Of a DNA stretch of 64,000 nt, positions 28,806 through 38,463 are shown piece after piece (the stretch's first letter is position 1; every line of letters begins with the position of its first letter). The notes beneath the pieces are model-generated. The model did no database searches, was not told the DNA's origin, and saw nothing but the letters and a program-made list of their open reading frames with translations. A program made the translations under genes and the position numbers. This DNA is from Spirochaetia bacterium (lineage in GTDB: Bacteria; Spirochaetota; Spirochaetia; DSM-2461), in assembly GCA_963668315.1 (NCBI GenBank), contig OY764216.1, positions 5,408,001 through 5,472,000 of the forward strand, in the 5' to 3' direction.

Positions 28806-31800
28806 TCAGGGAAGCACGGCGAGATTCACTTCGCTCACGGACATGGGTTTGTGGGCCGTGGGGTTCTGTTCGTTTCCGGTCATCCTTCGAACGCGAGTCT
28901 TCACGGACAGTTCGAGCTCGGTGAAGTTGAGCGTCCCATCGCCGTCGACGTCCGCCTCGGGAGCACTGAGTGTATCGAGGATTGCCTGGGTGAAGGCCCC
29001 GTGCTGCCAGGCGTTGCTTTCGATGCTGAGTTCCGAACTCATGGACGAGGCAAAAATGAGGGTCCCGGTTCCCTGCCAGTGTTCTCTTCCCATGGGGGCC
29101 ACAACTTCGAGCCCCTTGGTGCCCTTGATTCCGCCCGAGTGGCAGGTATCGACGAACATGATCACGTTGGTTCTCAACTCGCGCTCGATCCAATCGGTCA
29201 GCGTGCTGCGGGAGATCGTGGTATTGCGCAGGTCGTCGGGATCGAAATCGTGGGGGATCAGGTGCCACAGGCCGGAGTTGAAGGCTCCATGGCCGGAGAG
29301 CTGGATGAGCACGACATCCTTGCCGGGCTCGACGTTCTTGCTGACCCAGTCCATGGCTTTGCGGATATTGTCGGCGGTGGCGTCTTCATCGGTGAGGACG
29401 CGTGTGTGAACCTGCCGATACATTTTTCCTTCCTGGGACTTCCAGGCGTCGGCGAAGTCGATGGCGTCGCGATGGGCGAATTCCAGGTTGTATTTGGATT
29501 TCATGTACCTGGAGATGCCGATCGCGAGCACATAGAGGTTGGGCAATTCGGATGGTTTCAGAATTTCCGGCTGCGTGACGCGGCGATTGACGAGAAGCAC
29601 GCGTGAGGCGGACAGCGACTTGTAGTTCACGGCGGTGAAGACGATTTGGTTCTCGCCGGGGGTGAGATCCACGGTTTGGGTGCATTTTTTCCAGACCAGG
29701 TCGCCGTCGGTTCGCGAATCTGTCTCGATGTAGGGATCGACGGGTCGGCCGTTGATGCGGAGGCTGACTTCCTTGAGGCCGACCTGGGGGATGCTGCCAA
29801 CCTCGGCTTGAATTGTCAGGGAGGGGTTGTCGGTGGTCATTTCCATGCGGGGTTCGACGAAACGGATTCGGGGAGGGCGGTTTTCGTCGAATTCCTTGCG
29901 ATCGGTGAAGTTGATCGGCGCCGGCGGTTTCACGGACTGCCGTTTCAGGGATTGGTTGGCCATGGCCAGCGCGTTTTCGCAGTTGCCCTGTCGACGACTT
30001 CGGAAATCACATCCGGCCTGTAGAGGACGGGGGCGAATTGATCGACGCTGTAGAAATCCGCGGGCATTTCCCGCTCCTGGTTGACATGCCATCCGACGTA
30101 TTGGCCGCCACGGGAGGAGGCGTCGTAGAATCCGCCACGCGTCCAGGCGACCCATTCTCCGTCCTCGGCGAAGAAGAGACTGAGGATGGGTTCGAGGATG
30201 TCCGGGCGTTTCGCAAGTCTTACGTTGATCGTTTTGGTTGCCGTTCCTGCGAAGACCCAGGCGAAACGCTCCTTGCGACGAATTCGGAGTTCGACCATCT
30301 GGCCCTCCCGGAATTCCCCGCGCATCATTCGGGGCACGCGTGAGTAGTAGGGCTGTCCTGCAAATGACACGATTTCATCTTTGGCCTGGAGACCGGCCGC
30401 CTCTCCATAGCTTCCAGGGGGAACGCTGTACACACGATTTCCGTCCATGATCACGTCCAGGTCGGCCAGATCTCGATTCGATGTGATCGGCCAGATCCGA
30501 ATTGTTCCATCGAGTGACGAGGTGGCCAGCAAGGTCTTATCGGGCGACTCCTCGATGGCAGTGATGGTGTTGAGGTGGCCCAGATACTCCTTGGCGATTC
30601 CCCAGGCGTTCGCGTTTTGGGGGCCAGGAACTCCGAGCATAGCCAGCCTGCCGGTCTCGCTTCCGATGAAGACGGGACACAGTTTGCCGTCCAGGAGCGT
30701 ATCGTTGCCGAAAATGAAACTGTAGGGATTGCCGAACCCGAAAGTACGAAACGACTTGAATTCACGACCGTCGCGCAAGACCGACAGGTTCATGATTCCG
30801 TTGACGACATTTCCGTCGTCGTCGGTGGCCGGAGTCCGGTCGAAGGAAAGTCGACTGTTGTCCCACGGGGATCGCCTGGTGGGATAGGCGGGTTTGTCCG
30901 GTGCGGCTTGGACGTCGGCCTCGTGGCGACGTAACAAGTCGAAACGCTTGTCGGTCGGCCCACAGCGGTTGTAGTTGTATTGTTCCTGGCCATAGGCCTC
31001 ATCGGCAAACTGAAGCGACTTACCGTCATCGCTCCAAGCCACCCCATAGATGGGACGGCTCTTGGGACGGAAGTGATGGAGTTGTTTTCCCGTTCTCGCG
31101 TTCCACACATGGATTTCACCGATCGCATCGGCACTGGCGGCCAAACCGTCTCCTCCATTCGCGTCCTCATTGAGCGACACAGCGGTGGGCAGATAGCAGT
31201 GTTTGGTGTAGAGGGTTGCGGGTCGCGAAGAGCCTTGTCTCCACAATCCGATCCAGTAGTTGGTCGGCTGCAGCGGGTTTTGTGTCATCCCGCCCCGGGC
31301 ATATCGATAGTAGCCGTCATTCTGGATCTTGCCGGGCGTGGTGAATTGAGGCATCGTTTGCGTGTTGGCCAACCGAATGCGATCTTCCTCCTTTTCGAGG
31401 TTCCGGATTGAGGCGGGCCATTGGTCCATGTTGTCTGCACTGATGAGGCCCTTGTCACGGAGGGAAACGACTAATTTGTCGGTGCAGGGCGAACGCAGAA
31501 CGAGCCAGTTTTCGTCGACGGGAAAGCCGAAATAGCTGTAGGGGATGTTGTCGACCTGCATTCCCTTCCCGAAGATGTCTGGAACATCAAGAAACGCTCT
31601 TGCGTCGCCCTCTTCCTCCAACCATTCGAAGATGTAAATGTGTCCGTCGCAGCCGTAGGTTGCGAGTTTCGTGCCATCGGGGGAGAATTCGACACCGAGC
31701 GTGCAACCGGTGTGTCCGGGCAGCAGTTTGTGGATGCGAGTCAGATCGTCCATGGCGTAGACGCGGGTCGATCCCAACTCCGTGCTGTCGCTGATGCCGA

Positions 31801-32128
31801 CCAACAGGAAACGGCCACACGGGGAAAACGCCACGTCGTTGACTCTGCCAAGCTTGTGAGCTCCCGGTTCTTGGTAGCCTCGCAGGGATGTGTGGAGCAT
31901 GCCAGTCGTCAGGTTCCAGATACGAGCCTGCTTTCCGCCGACGGCCGCCAACCACTTTCCGTCAGGGCTGATCGAAAGCGCCTTGACGGGCACGCCGGAG
32001 AATCCCTGGGCATCGACGACCAATTGGGGGTCTGGCGTGGGGATGAGTTTGGTGTCGTCGGAGGCATGGAGGGTCGTATTGGTCAGGCCAACACATAGCC
32101 CGAGGACTGAAATCAAGACGGATCGCAT
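28806..32128 (-). CDS. Secreted WD40 + PDZ + Ig-like + caspase (C14) protein, split by one frameshift near 29,990
   Basis: ATG 32128 with GAGGAG RBS and signal peptide; WD40 repeats; PDZ-like VPPGSYGEAAGLQAKDEI; EWVAWT..GFYDAS; after the frame change LSGHG and DTCHSG. Confidence 0.82.
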
Positions 32129-32273
32129 CGCTATTCTCCTCAAGATAACGCCTTCCTGCTGACTGTTGGAATGCGACAGTCGAAGGGTGTGTAGCTCGCC
32201 ATGATACATAAAGCCCGCCGGGGTGTTGAGGCCCGTCTTCCCCTCTACCAAGGGAGATGTGCTCTGTGAGCGT

Positions 32274-32330
32274 AAAACAGAACAGGCCAACCCGACAAGC
32301 CGTGTGAGGAGGCATTGCCGGGTTGGCCTG
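32274..32330 (-). terminator. Probable intrinsic terminator after the coiled-coil gene
   Basis: Perfect 12-bp inverted repeat CAGGCCAACCCG / CGGGTTGGCCTG (32283-32330) followed on the minus strand by TTCTGTTTT. Confidence 0.6.
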
Positions 32331-32340
32331 GTGGTCGCGT

Positions 32341-33291
32341 TTACTTCTGAGACACGGACTGTTTGAAGATCGGGGTGTTCTCAGTCACCTCGATCGTGAC
32401 GGGCTCGGCATTCTTCTTGGCTGTCCGAGCCGGCGGGCGAGGGGCCGGGGGAACTTCGGCCCGCTCGGGCTGCTTGTCGTCGATCTTGGGGCTGTTGCTC
32501 CGATTGGTGGATTGGGGCGCCGGGGGCAAGTTTGCCTCGACGATCTTGGTTTCTTCCCGGACTTCGACGACACAAGCGGCCACGATCGCTGTGGCGACTT
32601 GCTCTGGCTCCGCGGCGAGGTATTCCTCGACCTTTCGCTTGCTTGCCTCGTCGTGGGTGTCATCCTCGATCTCCCAGGAAGGACGCACAGGGCTGCACGC
32701 GACGGCCTGAGCGTTCTCGATCATCAGTTGGTCGACCTCTGCCAGCAACTCCTGCCCCTCGACCGTCAGATCCTGTAGCCGGATCAACTCGCGTTTTGTG
32801 GCCAGTATTGCCAGTTGCGACTCGGTCTTGCCGATCTGTACGGCGTACTGCTCCATCTGCTGCTCCCCGCGAGCCAAAGTCGCCGCGAGTTCCTCCTGCG
32901 ACTGCCGGTAGCCTTCTGCCTCGGCCAGCAACAGGCTGACCTGAGAAAACATTTGGGCCTTCGTGTAGGCACAATCGTGAACAACCGCTGCGTCCTGGCC
33001 GGACTGCTCCAACTCTTGGTAGGCAACGCGGAAGTCATTGGCCAGAGATCGGGCTCGCTGGACCTTGGCCGACAGCTTGGAATTCTGGGCCGAGAGCCTT
33101 TCGACCTCGGTACCCAGTCGGAATCGGGCCTTGTTCATGGTTTCCAGGTCCTGGGCCAGCCTCGACTCCACGTAACGGACATAGGCAACCGGGTGGCGGT
33201 CTTTGACCTGCCCCAGGACCCAGGGGTACCCCACGTAGCTTGTAACGCCAAACACGAACACAGCCATCGTTGTAACAACCAACTTCTTCAT
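32341..33291 (-). CDS. Exported or membrane-anchored coiled-coil protein with a disordered tail ending QSVSQK
   Basis: MKKLVV hydrophobic N-terminus; long heptad-like helical region; AGGAG RBS. Confidence 0.75.
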   Translation of the reverse strand: MKKLVVTTMAVFVFGVTSYVGYPWVLGQVKDRHPVAYVRYVESRLAQDLETMNKARFRLGTEVERLSAQNSKLSAKVQRARSLANDFRVAYQELEQSGQDAAVVHDCAYTKAQMFSQVSLLLAEAEGYRQSQEELAATLARGEQQMEQYAVQIGKTESQLAILATKRELIRLQDLTVEGQELLAEVDQLMIENAQAVACSPVRPSWEIEDDTHDEASKRKVEEYLAAEPEQVATAIVAACVVEVREETKIVEANLPPAPQSTNRSNSPKIDDKQPERAEVPPAPRPPARTAKKNAEPVTIEVTENTPIFKQSVSQK

Positions 33292-33372
33292 CGTTCTTCT
33301 CCTGACAAGCATGCGATTTGTGAAGACTGCCTTCCAGAGCATTCGAGACGAGGTTTCCTTCCTCTGTAGCTC

Positions 33373-33402
33373 ATGGTCTCCCGGGGGCCGCGGATTGCGC
33401 GC
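33373..33402 (-). promoter_or_regulatory. Candidate ECF promoter, copy 1
   Basis: Minus strand GCGCGCAA-N16-GACCAT, about 80 nt upstream of the ATG at 33291. Confidence 0.55.
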
Positions 33403-33658
33403 CGAGCGGATAAGATCTTCGATGGACCGAGAATGACAACTACGTTAGTCATCTTACTGCCCTATGTCGCCTAATTGACATCGAGGGGTCGTTGCACGCA
33501 GAATGCGGGCCTTGTGAAATTGGGGCTTTTCGTATCCGGACGGGGACGCCGGGGTGCCGCGTTCGTGCCTGACCCCCTCGCCCGAGCGACTGCTAGAATG
33601 ACGCCTGTCACATGACGCTGCATCACAACTCACTTCCCGTGTATCTGGAACGACTTCC

Positions 33659-35130
33659 ATGAGAATTCCCCTTGCCGTCGCTTTCGTTGCCCTGACGAGT
33701 GCTCTCACTTCCGCAACCGAGCTACCCCGAAGCACTCCGGAGATGCAGGGCGTGTCGTCTCAGGCCGTTCTCGAATTCGTGAACGCGGCCGACAAGAAGC
33801 TCGATTCGCTACACAGTTTCATGCTGCTGCGCCATGGCCATGTGGTGGCGGAGGGCTGGTGGGCGCCCTATCGGGCGGAAGCCCCCCATTCTCTCTATTC
33901 GCTGAGCAAGAGCTTCACCTCCACGGCCGTGGGATTGGCGATCGCCGAGGGCAAGCTCAGTGTGGATGACGAACTGATCAAGTTCTTTCCAGAGGACGCC
34001 CCGGCGAACCCAGCAAGAATCTCAGGTCGATGCGGATCAGCGACCTGCTCCGCATGTCAACAGGCCACCAGACCGAGCCACCGCGCACGTCGACGGAGCC
34101 CTGGACCAAGACCTTCCTGAACCACCCGGTTCCGTTCAAACCGGGAACGCATTTCCTTTACAACACTTCGGCCACCTACATGCTGTCGGCGGTCGTTCAG
34201 AAGGCAACGGGAGAGGTCCTTCTGGACTACCTGAAGCCCCGTCTATTTCAACCGCTGGGCATTGAAAACCCTACGTGGGAAACGAGCCCTCAAGGCATTT
34301 CTACCGGCGGTTACGGGCTGAGCGTTCGCACGGAGGACATCGCCCGCTTTGGGCAACTCTACCTGCAGAAAGGCAAGTGGCAAGGCAAGCAGCTTGTGCC
34401 GGAGGCGTGGATCGAGGCGGCAACATCCCGACAGACCTCGAACGGCAGCAATCCGGCAAGCGATTGGGACCAGGGCTACGGCTACCAGTTCTGGCGTTGC
34501 CGCCACGGTGTCTTCCGGGGCGACGGAGCGTTCGGCCAATACTGCATCGTACTGCCCGAACAAGACGCCGTGATCGCCATCACCAGTGGCCTGGGAGACA
34601 TGCAGGCCGTGCTGAACGTGGTATGGGACGAGCTTCTACCGGCTTTGAAATCGGGACCTCTTGACGCTGACGAACAGGCAGCGAAGACGTTGGCGGAACG
34701 GCTGAACGGATTGGCGCTACCGGTGCAGGAAGACGTCGCTTCGCCCACGGAGCCTTTGGGTGGAAAGTACGCCTTCCCGGAGAACGAGAACAAGCTGGAA
34801 TCGATCGCGTTGGAGAGCGGTGACAGCAACAGTCGGGTGACCCTTGTGGCACGGATTGACGGCACGGACCAGCGGATCGTCTTCGGTCGCGGCAAATGGG
34901 TGACGGGCAAGGCCGCCTGGATCTCGACGGCCGAGCAGCCCGTGGCGGCGAGTGGCGGCTGGACCACAAACGATACGTTCACGGGGAAGATCTGTTTCTA
35001 CGAAACACCTTATGTCGTCACGGTAAGCCTGAAGCACGCAGGCAGTGAACTCCGCTGCAGCTCGACATGGAACGTCCGGTTCGGCGGTGCAAAACATATT
35101 GAGTTGCAGGGGAAGGCCCAGGACCAATAG
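33659..35130 (+). CDS. Serine hydrolase of the beta-lactamase class C family, with a 1-bp frameshift near 34,010
   Basis: Signal peptide; SLSK (SxxK), FLYNT (YxN), GYGYQFW and GDGAFGQ; two overlapping ORFs 33659-34120 and 34030-35130. Confidence 0.88.
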
Positions 35131-35674
35131 CGGGGCCGGCTCCTACAGCATTCCGGACTTCTCATTGCGAGTTCACTTCTGAGCCGTCCGGGTTCGTTTC
35201 GCACCGATTCCGGAATGTTTGGCCGCCGGTGAAAGGCCTTGGCGAGCAGCCCCCCGACACAGGGAGAACATTGCCCCAGATTCACAACAATAGGCAAAAT
35301 GCCCTTTTTTTCCGGCATGCGATATCAAATCGGGCAAGAGAACCTCCTGTTCGTTAGATGGAAGTGAAGAGTCCGGGCCATTAATAGGGACAGAGAAGCA
35401 CTTGGAACTCTGCTTCTGGGCGAAGTCTGGGTATCTCGCACGATTTCTGCCTTTCTGGGCCACTTGTTTTCCGGAGTTTTTTTGATCAGACTAAGGCTCC
35501 CTTTCTAAGCCGTTATGCTGTTGGCCCACCGTTGCGTGGCCATGCAGACCTCGACGGGACGAATTAGAAAACGGGGCAGGATCTGGTTGTTTTCTTTTTC
35601 CTAGGGGAGGAGTACCTCCTCCTCCTTCTAGATATCCGGATTGCGTGTGCCATTTTTGGCATTTTGGTCGTTCC

Positions 35675-35704
35675 GCGCGCAACTCGTGTCTTCGCGGGGA
35701 CTAT
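35675..35704 (+). promoter_or_regulatory. Candidate ECF promoter, copy 2
   Basis: GCGCGCAA-N16-GACTAT, about 60 nt upstream of the ATG at 35763. Confidence 0.55.
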
Positions 35705-35762
35705 CTCTTCCGGGCAGTGAAGAAAATCCAGTTTCCTAACCACCTGAAAGAGGAGATGTGTC

Positions 35763-36095
35763 ATGTCGATCCGCAGGAGCATGCTGTTGCCGTTGGCCGT
35801 CCTGATGCTTGGCCTGGTCCCCGTTGGGACGACCCTGGCCGGTACGGGGACGAAGGCTCCCCAATCGCAGAGCCAGAAGCAGCAGGCGCCGAAGAAGGCG
35901 CCCCAGAAGGCCAAACGTCCTACCCAAACCGTGGTGAAGCATCACGGCGCGCACCGCTACGTGTGGGTCCGAGTGACGCCCGCCACGGTCAAGTATGAAG
36001 GCGACAGCCCGAAGTCTCAGCAGCCGACCGCGAAGCCGAGCAAGCGTACTCAGCAGAGCACGCAGCAGAGCGTTTCGCAGAAGCCCGGCAAGTGA
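35763..36095 (+). CDS. Small secreted Gln/Lys-rich protein
   Basis: GAGGAG RBS; signal peptide ending TLA; by hand count 14 Q and 13 K in about 84 mature residues; ends QSVSQKPGK. Confidence 0.8.
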   Translation: MSIRRSMLLPLAVLMLGLVPVGTTLAGTGTKAPQSQSQKQQAPKKAPQKAKRPTQTVVKHHGAHRYVWVRVTPATVKYEGDSPKSQQPTAKPSKRTQQSTQQSVSQKPGK

Positions 36096-36345
36096 CCCCA
36101 GTCGGCGATTCCTTGACGGAACGGTCATGAGGTACCGACCGTTTCGTCGGGGCATGCCATTGAGCGACATTTGGAGGCGCGGGGGCTCGTGAGATTTCGG
36201 GCCCCCCGCCATTACCGCCGTACGCGACTCTACCAAGGAGTCATAAGAAAGATGCAGGGACTTACGATTGATACTGTCGACAACTGTCCGGACTGGGTTC
36301 GGGAATCATCCCCGGTTGCAGCCTTGGGATGAAGGTTGCCGCAAG

Positions 36346-37254
36346 ATGGACAAGCGTTTGCACTCATGGCGCCGCGAGTATTCGTCCAGCGTGTGCGACC
36401 AGGTCTTCGCGGGTGACTGCGAGGACAGCCGCGTGCTTTTTCAACGCCACTGGGAGTGTTGGATTCACCACTGGCAGACGGCGGGGCAGGAGGTTGACGG
36501 CGAGACCGTTGCCGAATCGATCGAGAAGGGCGTGGGCTACGTGGGCGGGGGCGACCTGGGGGGCAACCCCTTGTTTGACCTGGTGCTGGCCCTGGCCGTC
36601 ACTCGCCGGCATAGCAGAGCGGCGTCCCGCTTCCAGGACGAGTTCTTCGAGGAGGCCAAGTGCCACGCACGCAAGCTCGCGGCGGTTTTTTCACGGGAAG
36701 ATCCGCTGGAATGGTGGACCGAGTTCTTCGACGAACTGGGCGGCTTCAGCGGGCGCCCGGCGAAGCTCGATCGCTATAACGGTCGGACCTCGCTCCGCCG
36801 ATGGGTGCCAATTGTCCTGTGGAATTATCTGCGAAATCTGCTGAGGAAGCGGGGGAGGCGAAACGCCAAGGAAGGCACACTGCCCGATACGGTACGAGAC
36901 GCGAAACAGGAGGAGATCCCCGTGGAGGAGCAAGAGAACTTCGCAACGCTTTCGGCCATTTTTCGGTCCGCGTACGAGCAATTGTCTTCGGAAGACGCCA
37001 GCCTGCTTTCTCTGTACTACGACGAGGGATTATCGAATCTGGAGGTCGCCTCTCTGCTGGCGATCAATCCCGGTACGGCGACGCGGCGACGCAAGCGTGC
37101 CGAACAGAGGTTTCGCGAACTGCTTCTTCAAGAGGCCGAACAGCGGAACGAGTCGCTTCAATCCTTGCAGGAGCGAATTGCCTCGGCGGGGGTCGACTTC
37201 GCCAGCCTGCTGTTCAGCGTCGTCGAGAACCGAGACGAGGAGGTGACGTCATGA
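36346..37254 (+). CDS. ECF-type RNA polymerase sigma factor (resembles the myxobacterial TIGR03001-like type)
   Basis: DLVLALA...A...F and KLDRYNGRTSLRRW (region 2); LSSEDASLLSLYYDEGLSNLEVASLLAINPGTATRR (region 4). Start uncertain. Confidence 0.85.
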   Translation: MDKRLHSWRREYSSSVCDQVFAGDCEDSRVLFQRHWECWIHHWQTAGQEVDGETVAESIEKGVGYVGGGDLGGNPLFDLVLALAVTRRHSRAASRFQDEFFEEAKCHARKLAAVFSREDPLEWWTEFFDELGGFSGRPAKLDRYNGRTSLRRWVPIVLWNYLRNLLRKRGRRNAKEGTLPDTVRDAKQEEIPVEEQENFATLSAIFRSAYEQLSSEDASLLSLYYDEGLSNLEVASLLAINPGTATRRRKRAEQRFRELLLQEAEQRNESLQSLQERIASAGVDFASLLFSVVENRDEEVTS

Positions 37255-38411
37255 CCGAGCGGCAAACACTCGAAGAACTTGTCCGCCAGGCCTTTCGCAG
37301 CGGGCTGCAGACTTCCCACGATTCCGGGGGCTACCATCCGGTTGATGATGACGACTTTCTCATCGACCTGTCGATCGGTGGCACTTCGGATGCGAAGCGT
37401 GCCGAATTCGTCGACCACCTGGCGCGCTGTTCCTATTGCCGGCACGAAATCGCGCGGATGATCCAGGCGGGGGTGCTTCAGTTGCCGGAAGTCGCGGCCG
37501 AGGAGCCGCCTCAGGCAATCTCGTTGCCGCCGCGGAACGCATCGCGTTGGCACTCCGCCCGAATCCTGCTTGCGGCAGCTGCCGCGATCCTGATCGTCGT
37601 GGGAGTCTCCATACTCTTCATGCCGGGAACGAGCGAATTGGCGCTGGCCCGGAACGACTTGAAGGCCGATCGATACCTTTCGGCCCTGGAACACGCGGAG
37701 GCCTACCTGGATTCGTCGGCGGACGACGCTTCCGGGAGAGAGGAAGCGAAGCAGATTCTCAGCGACGCGGGGTACCGGCAGTCGCTCGAATCGTTGAAGA
37801 AGAGCGACTTCGAGCTCGTGAAGGAATTGGGAAGCCGGGTCGAAGACCTTGCGGGGCGATCGCCGCGGATGACCAATCTGAAGCTGCAGGCGATGCGGAA
37901 ACAAACCGGCTCGTCTGCGTGGCCTGGTCGGGGTGAGTTGACCGAATACGGCTATCGTCTTGACGGCCATTCCTATGCCAAGCCTTTGCCGGTCTTCGAC
38001 GAGAACGTGAAGGCGATTCTCTCGGGATACGAACGTGCCGTAGCCGAGTTCCCCGACGATTCCGAACTGCGACTGAATTACGGGCAGTATCTCCTGGAGC
38101 AGGACGATCCGGAGGGGGCGCGAGCCCAGTTCCTGGAGGCGCAGCGATTGGCCCCGAATGCACTCGAAACGCAGATGGCCCTGGGAATCGTCGCCTTCCA
38201 GCAGAAGCACTTCGATGCGGCCATCGGGTATTTTCGCTCTGTTTTGAACGGTCAGCCCGACAACACGCAGGCCATGCTGAACCTTGCCGTTTGCCATGCC
38301 CGGCTTGGCCAGAAGGCCGAGGCCGTGTCGTGGTTCGAGAAAGTCCGCGACCATCTCGCTCCCGGCCCTCGCCGCGACGAAGTGGACCGTGCCATCAACG
38401 ATCTGAAGTGA
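37251..38411 (+). CDS. Zinc-binding anti-sigma factor (ZAS) with one TM helix and extracytoplasmic TPRs
   Basis: ATGA overlap with the sigma stop; HLARCSYC (HxxxCxxC); TM ILLAAAAAILIVVGVSIL; C-terminal TPRs. Confidence 0.88.
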   Translation: MTERQTLEELVRQAFRSGLQTSHDSGGYHPVDDDDFLIDLSIGGTSDAKRAEFVDHLARCSYCRHEIARMIQAGVLQLPEVAAEEPPQAISLPPRNASRWHSARILLAAAAAILIVVGVSILFMPGTSELALARNDLKADRYLSALEHAEAYLDSSADDASGREEAKQILSDAGYRQSLESLKKSDFELVKELGSRVEDLAGRSPRMTNLKLQAMRKQTGSSAWPGRGELTEYGYRLDGHSYAKPLPVFDENVKAILSGYERAVAEFPDDSELRLNYGQYLLEQDDPEGARAQFLEAQRLAPNALETQMALGIVAFQQKHFDAAIGYFRSVLNGQPDNTQAMLNLAVCHARLGQKAEAVSWFEKVRDHLAPGPRRDEVDRAINDLK

Positions 38412-38463
38412 CCCTTTGAAGAACCATCTGGCTATCTCTGGACAACCCAATCGAGGTGAAACG

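Noticed and set aside
29975..30000. Programmed ribosomal frameshift separating the WD40/PDZ sensor from the caspase
   Set aside because: No convincing X XXY YYZ slippery heptamer at the site, the paralog at 21773 is continuous through the equivalent region, and a second similar indel occurs 4 kb away.
35131..35670. Short ORFs or an ncRNA in the long intergenic region
   Set aside because: The ORFs lack RBS and motifs, and I recognised no tRNA, riboswitch or other RNA family.
36801..37250. N-terminal extensions in the ORF track (36801, 44124, 48122, 5753, 17757, 60711, 57254)
   Set aside because: They overlap neighbouring genes or intergenic signals, and downstream starts generally have better RBS, coupling or signal peptides.
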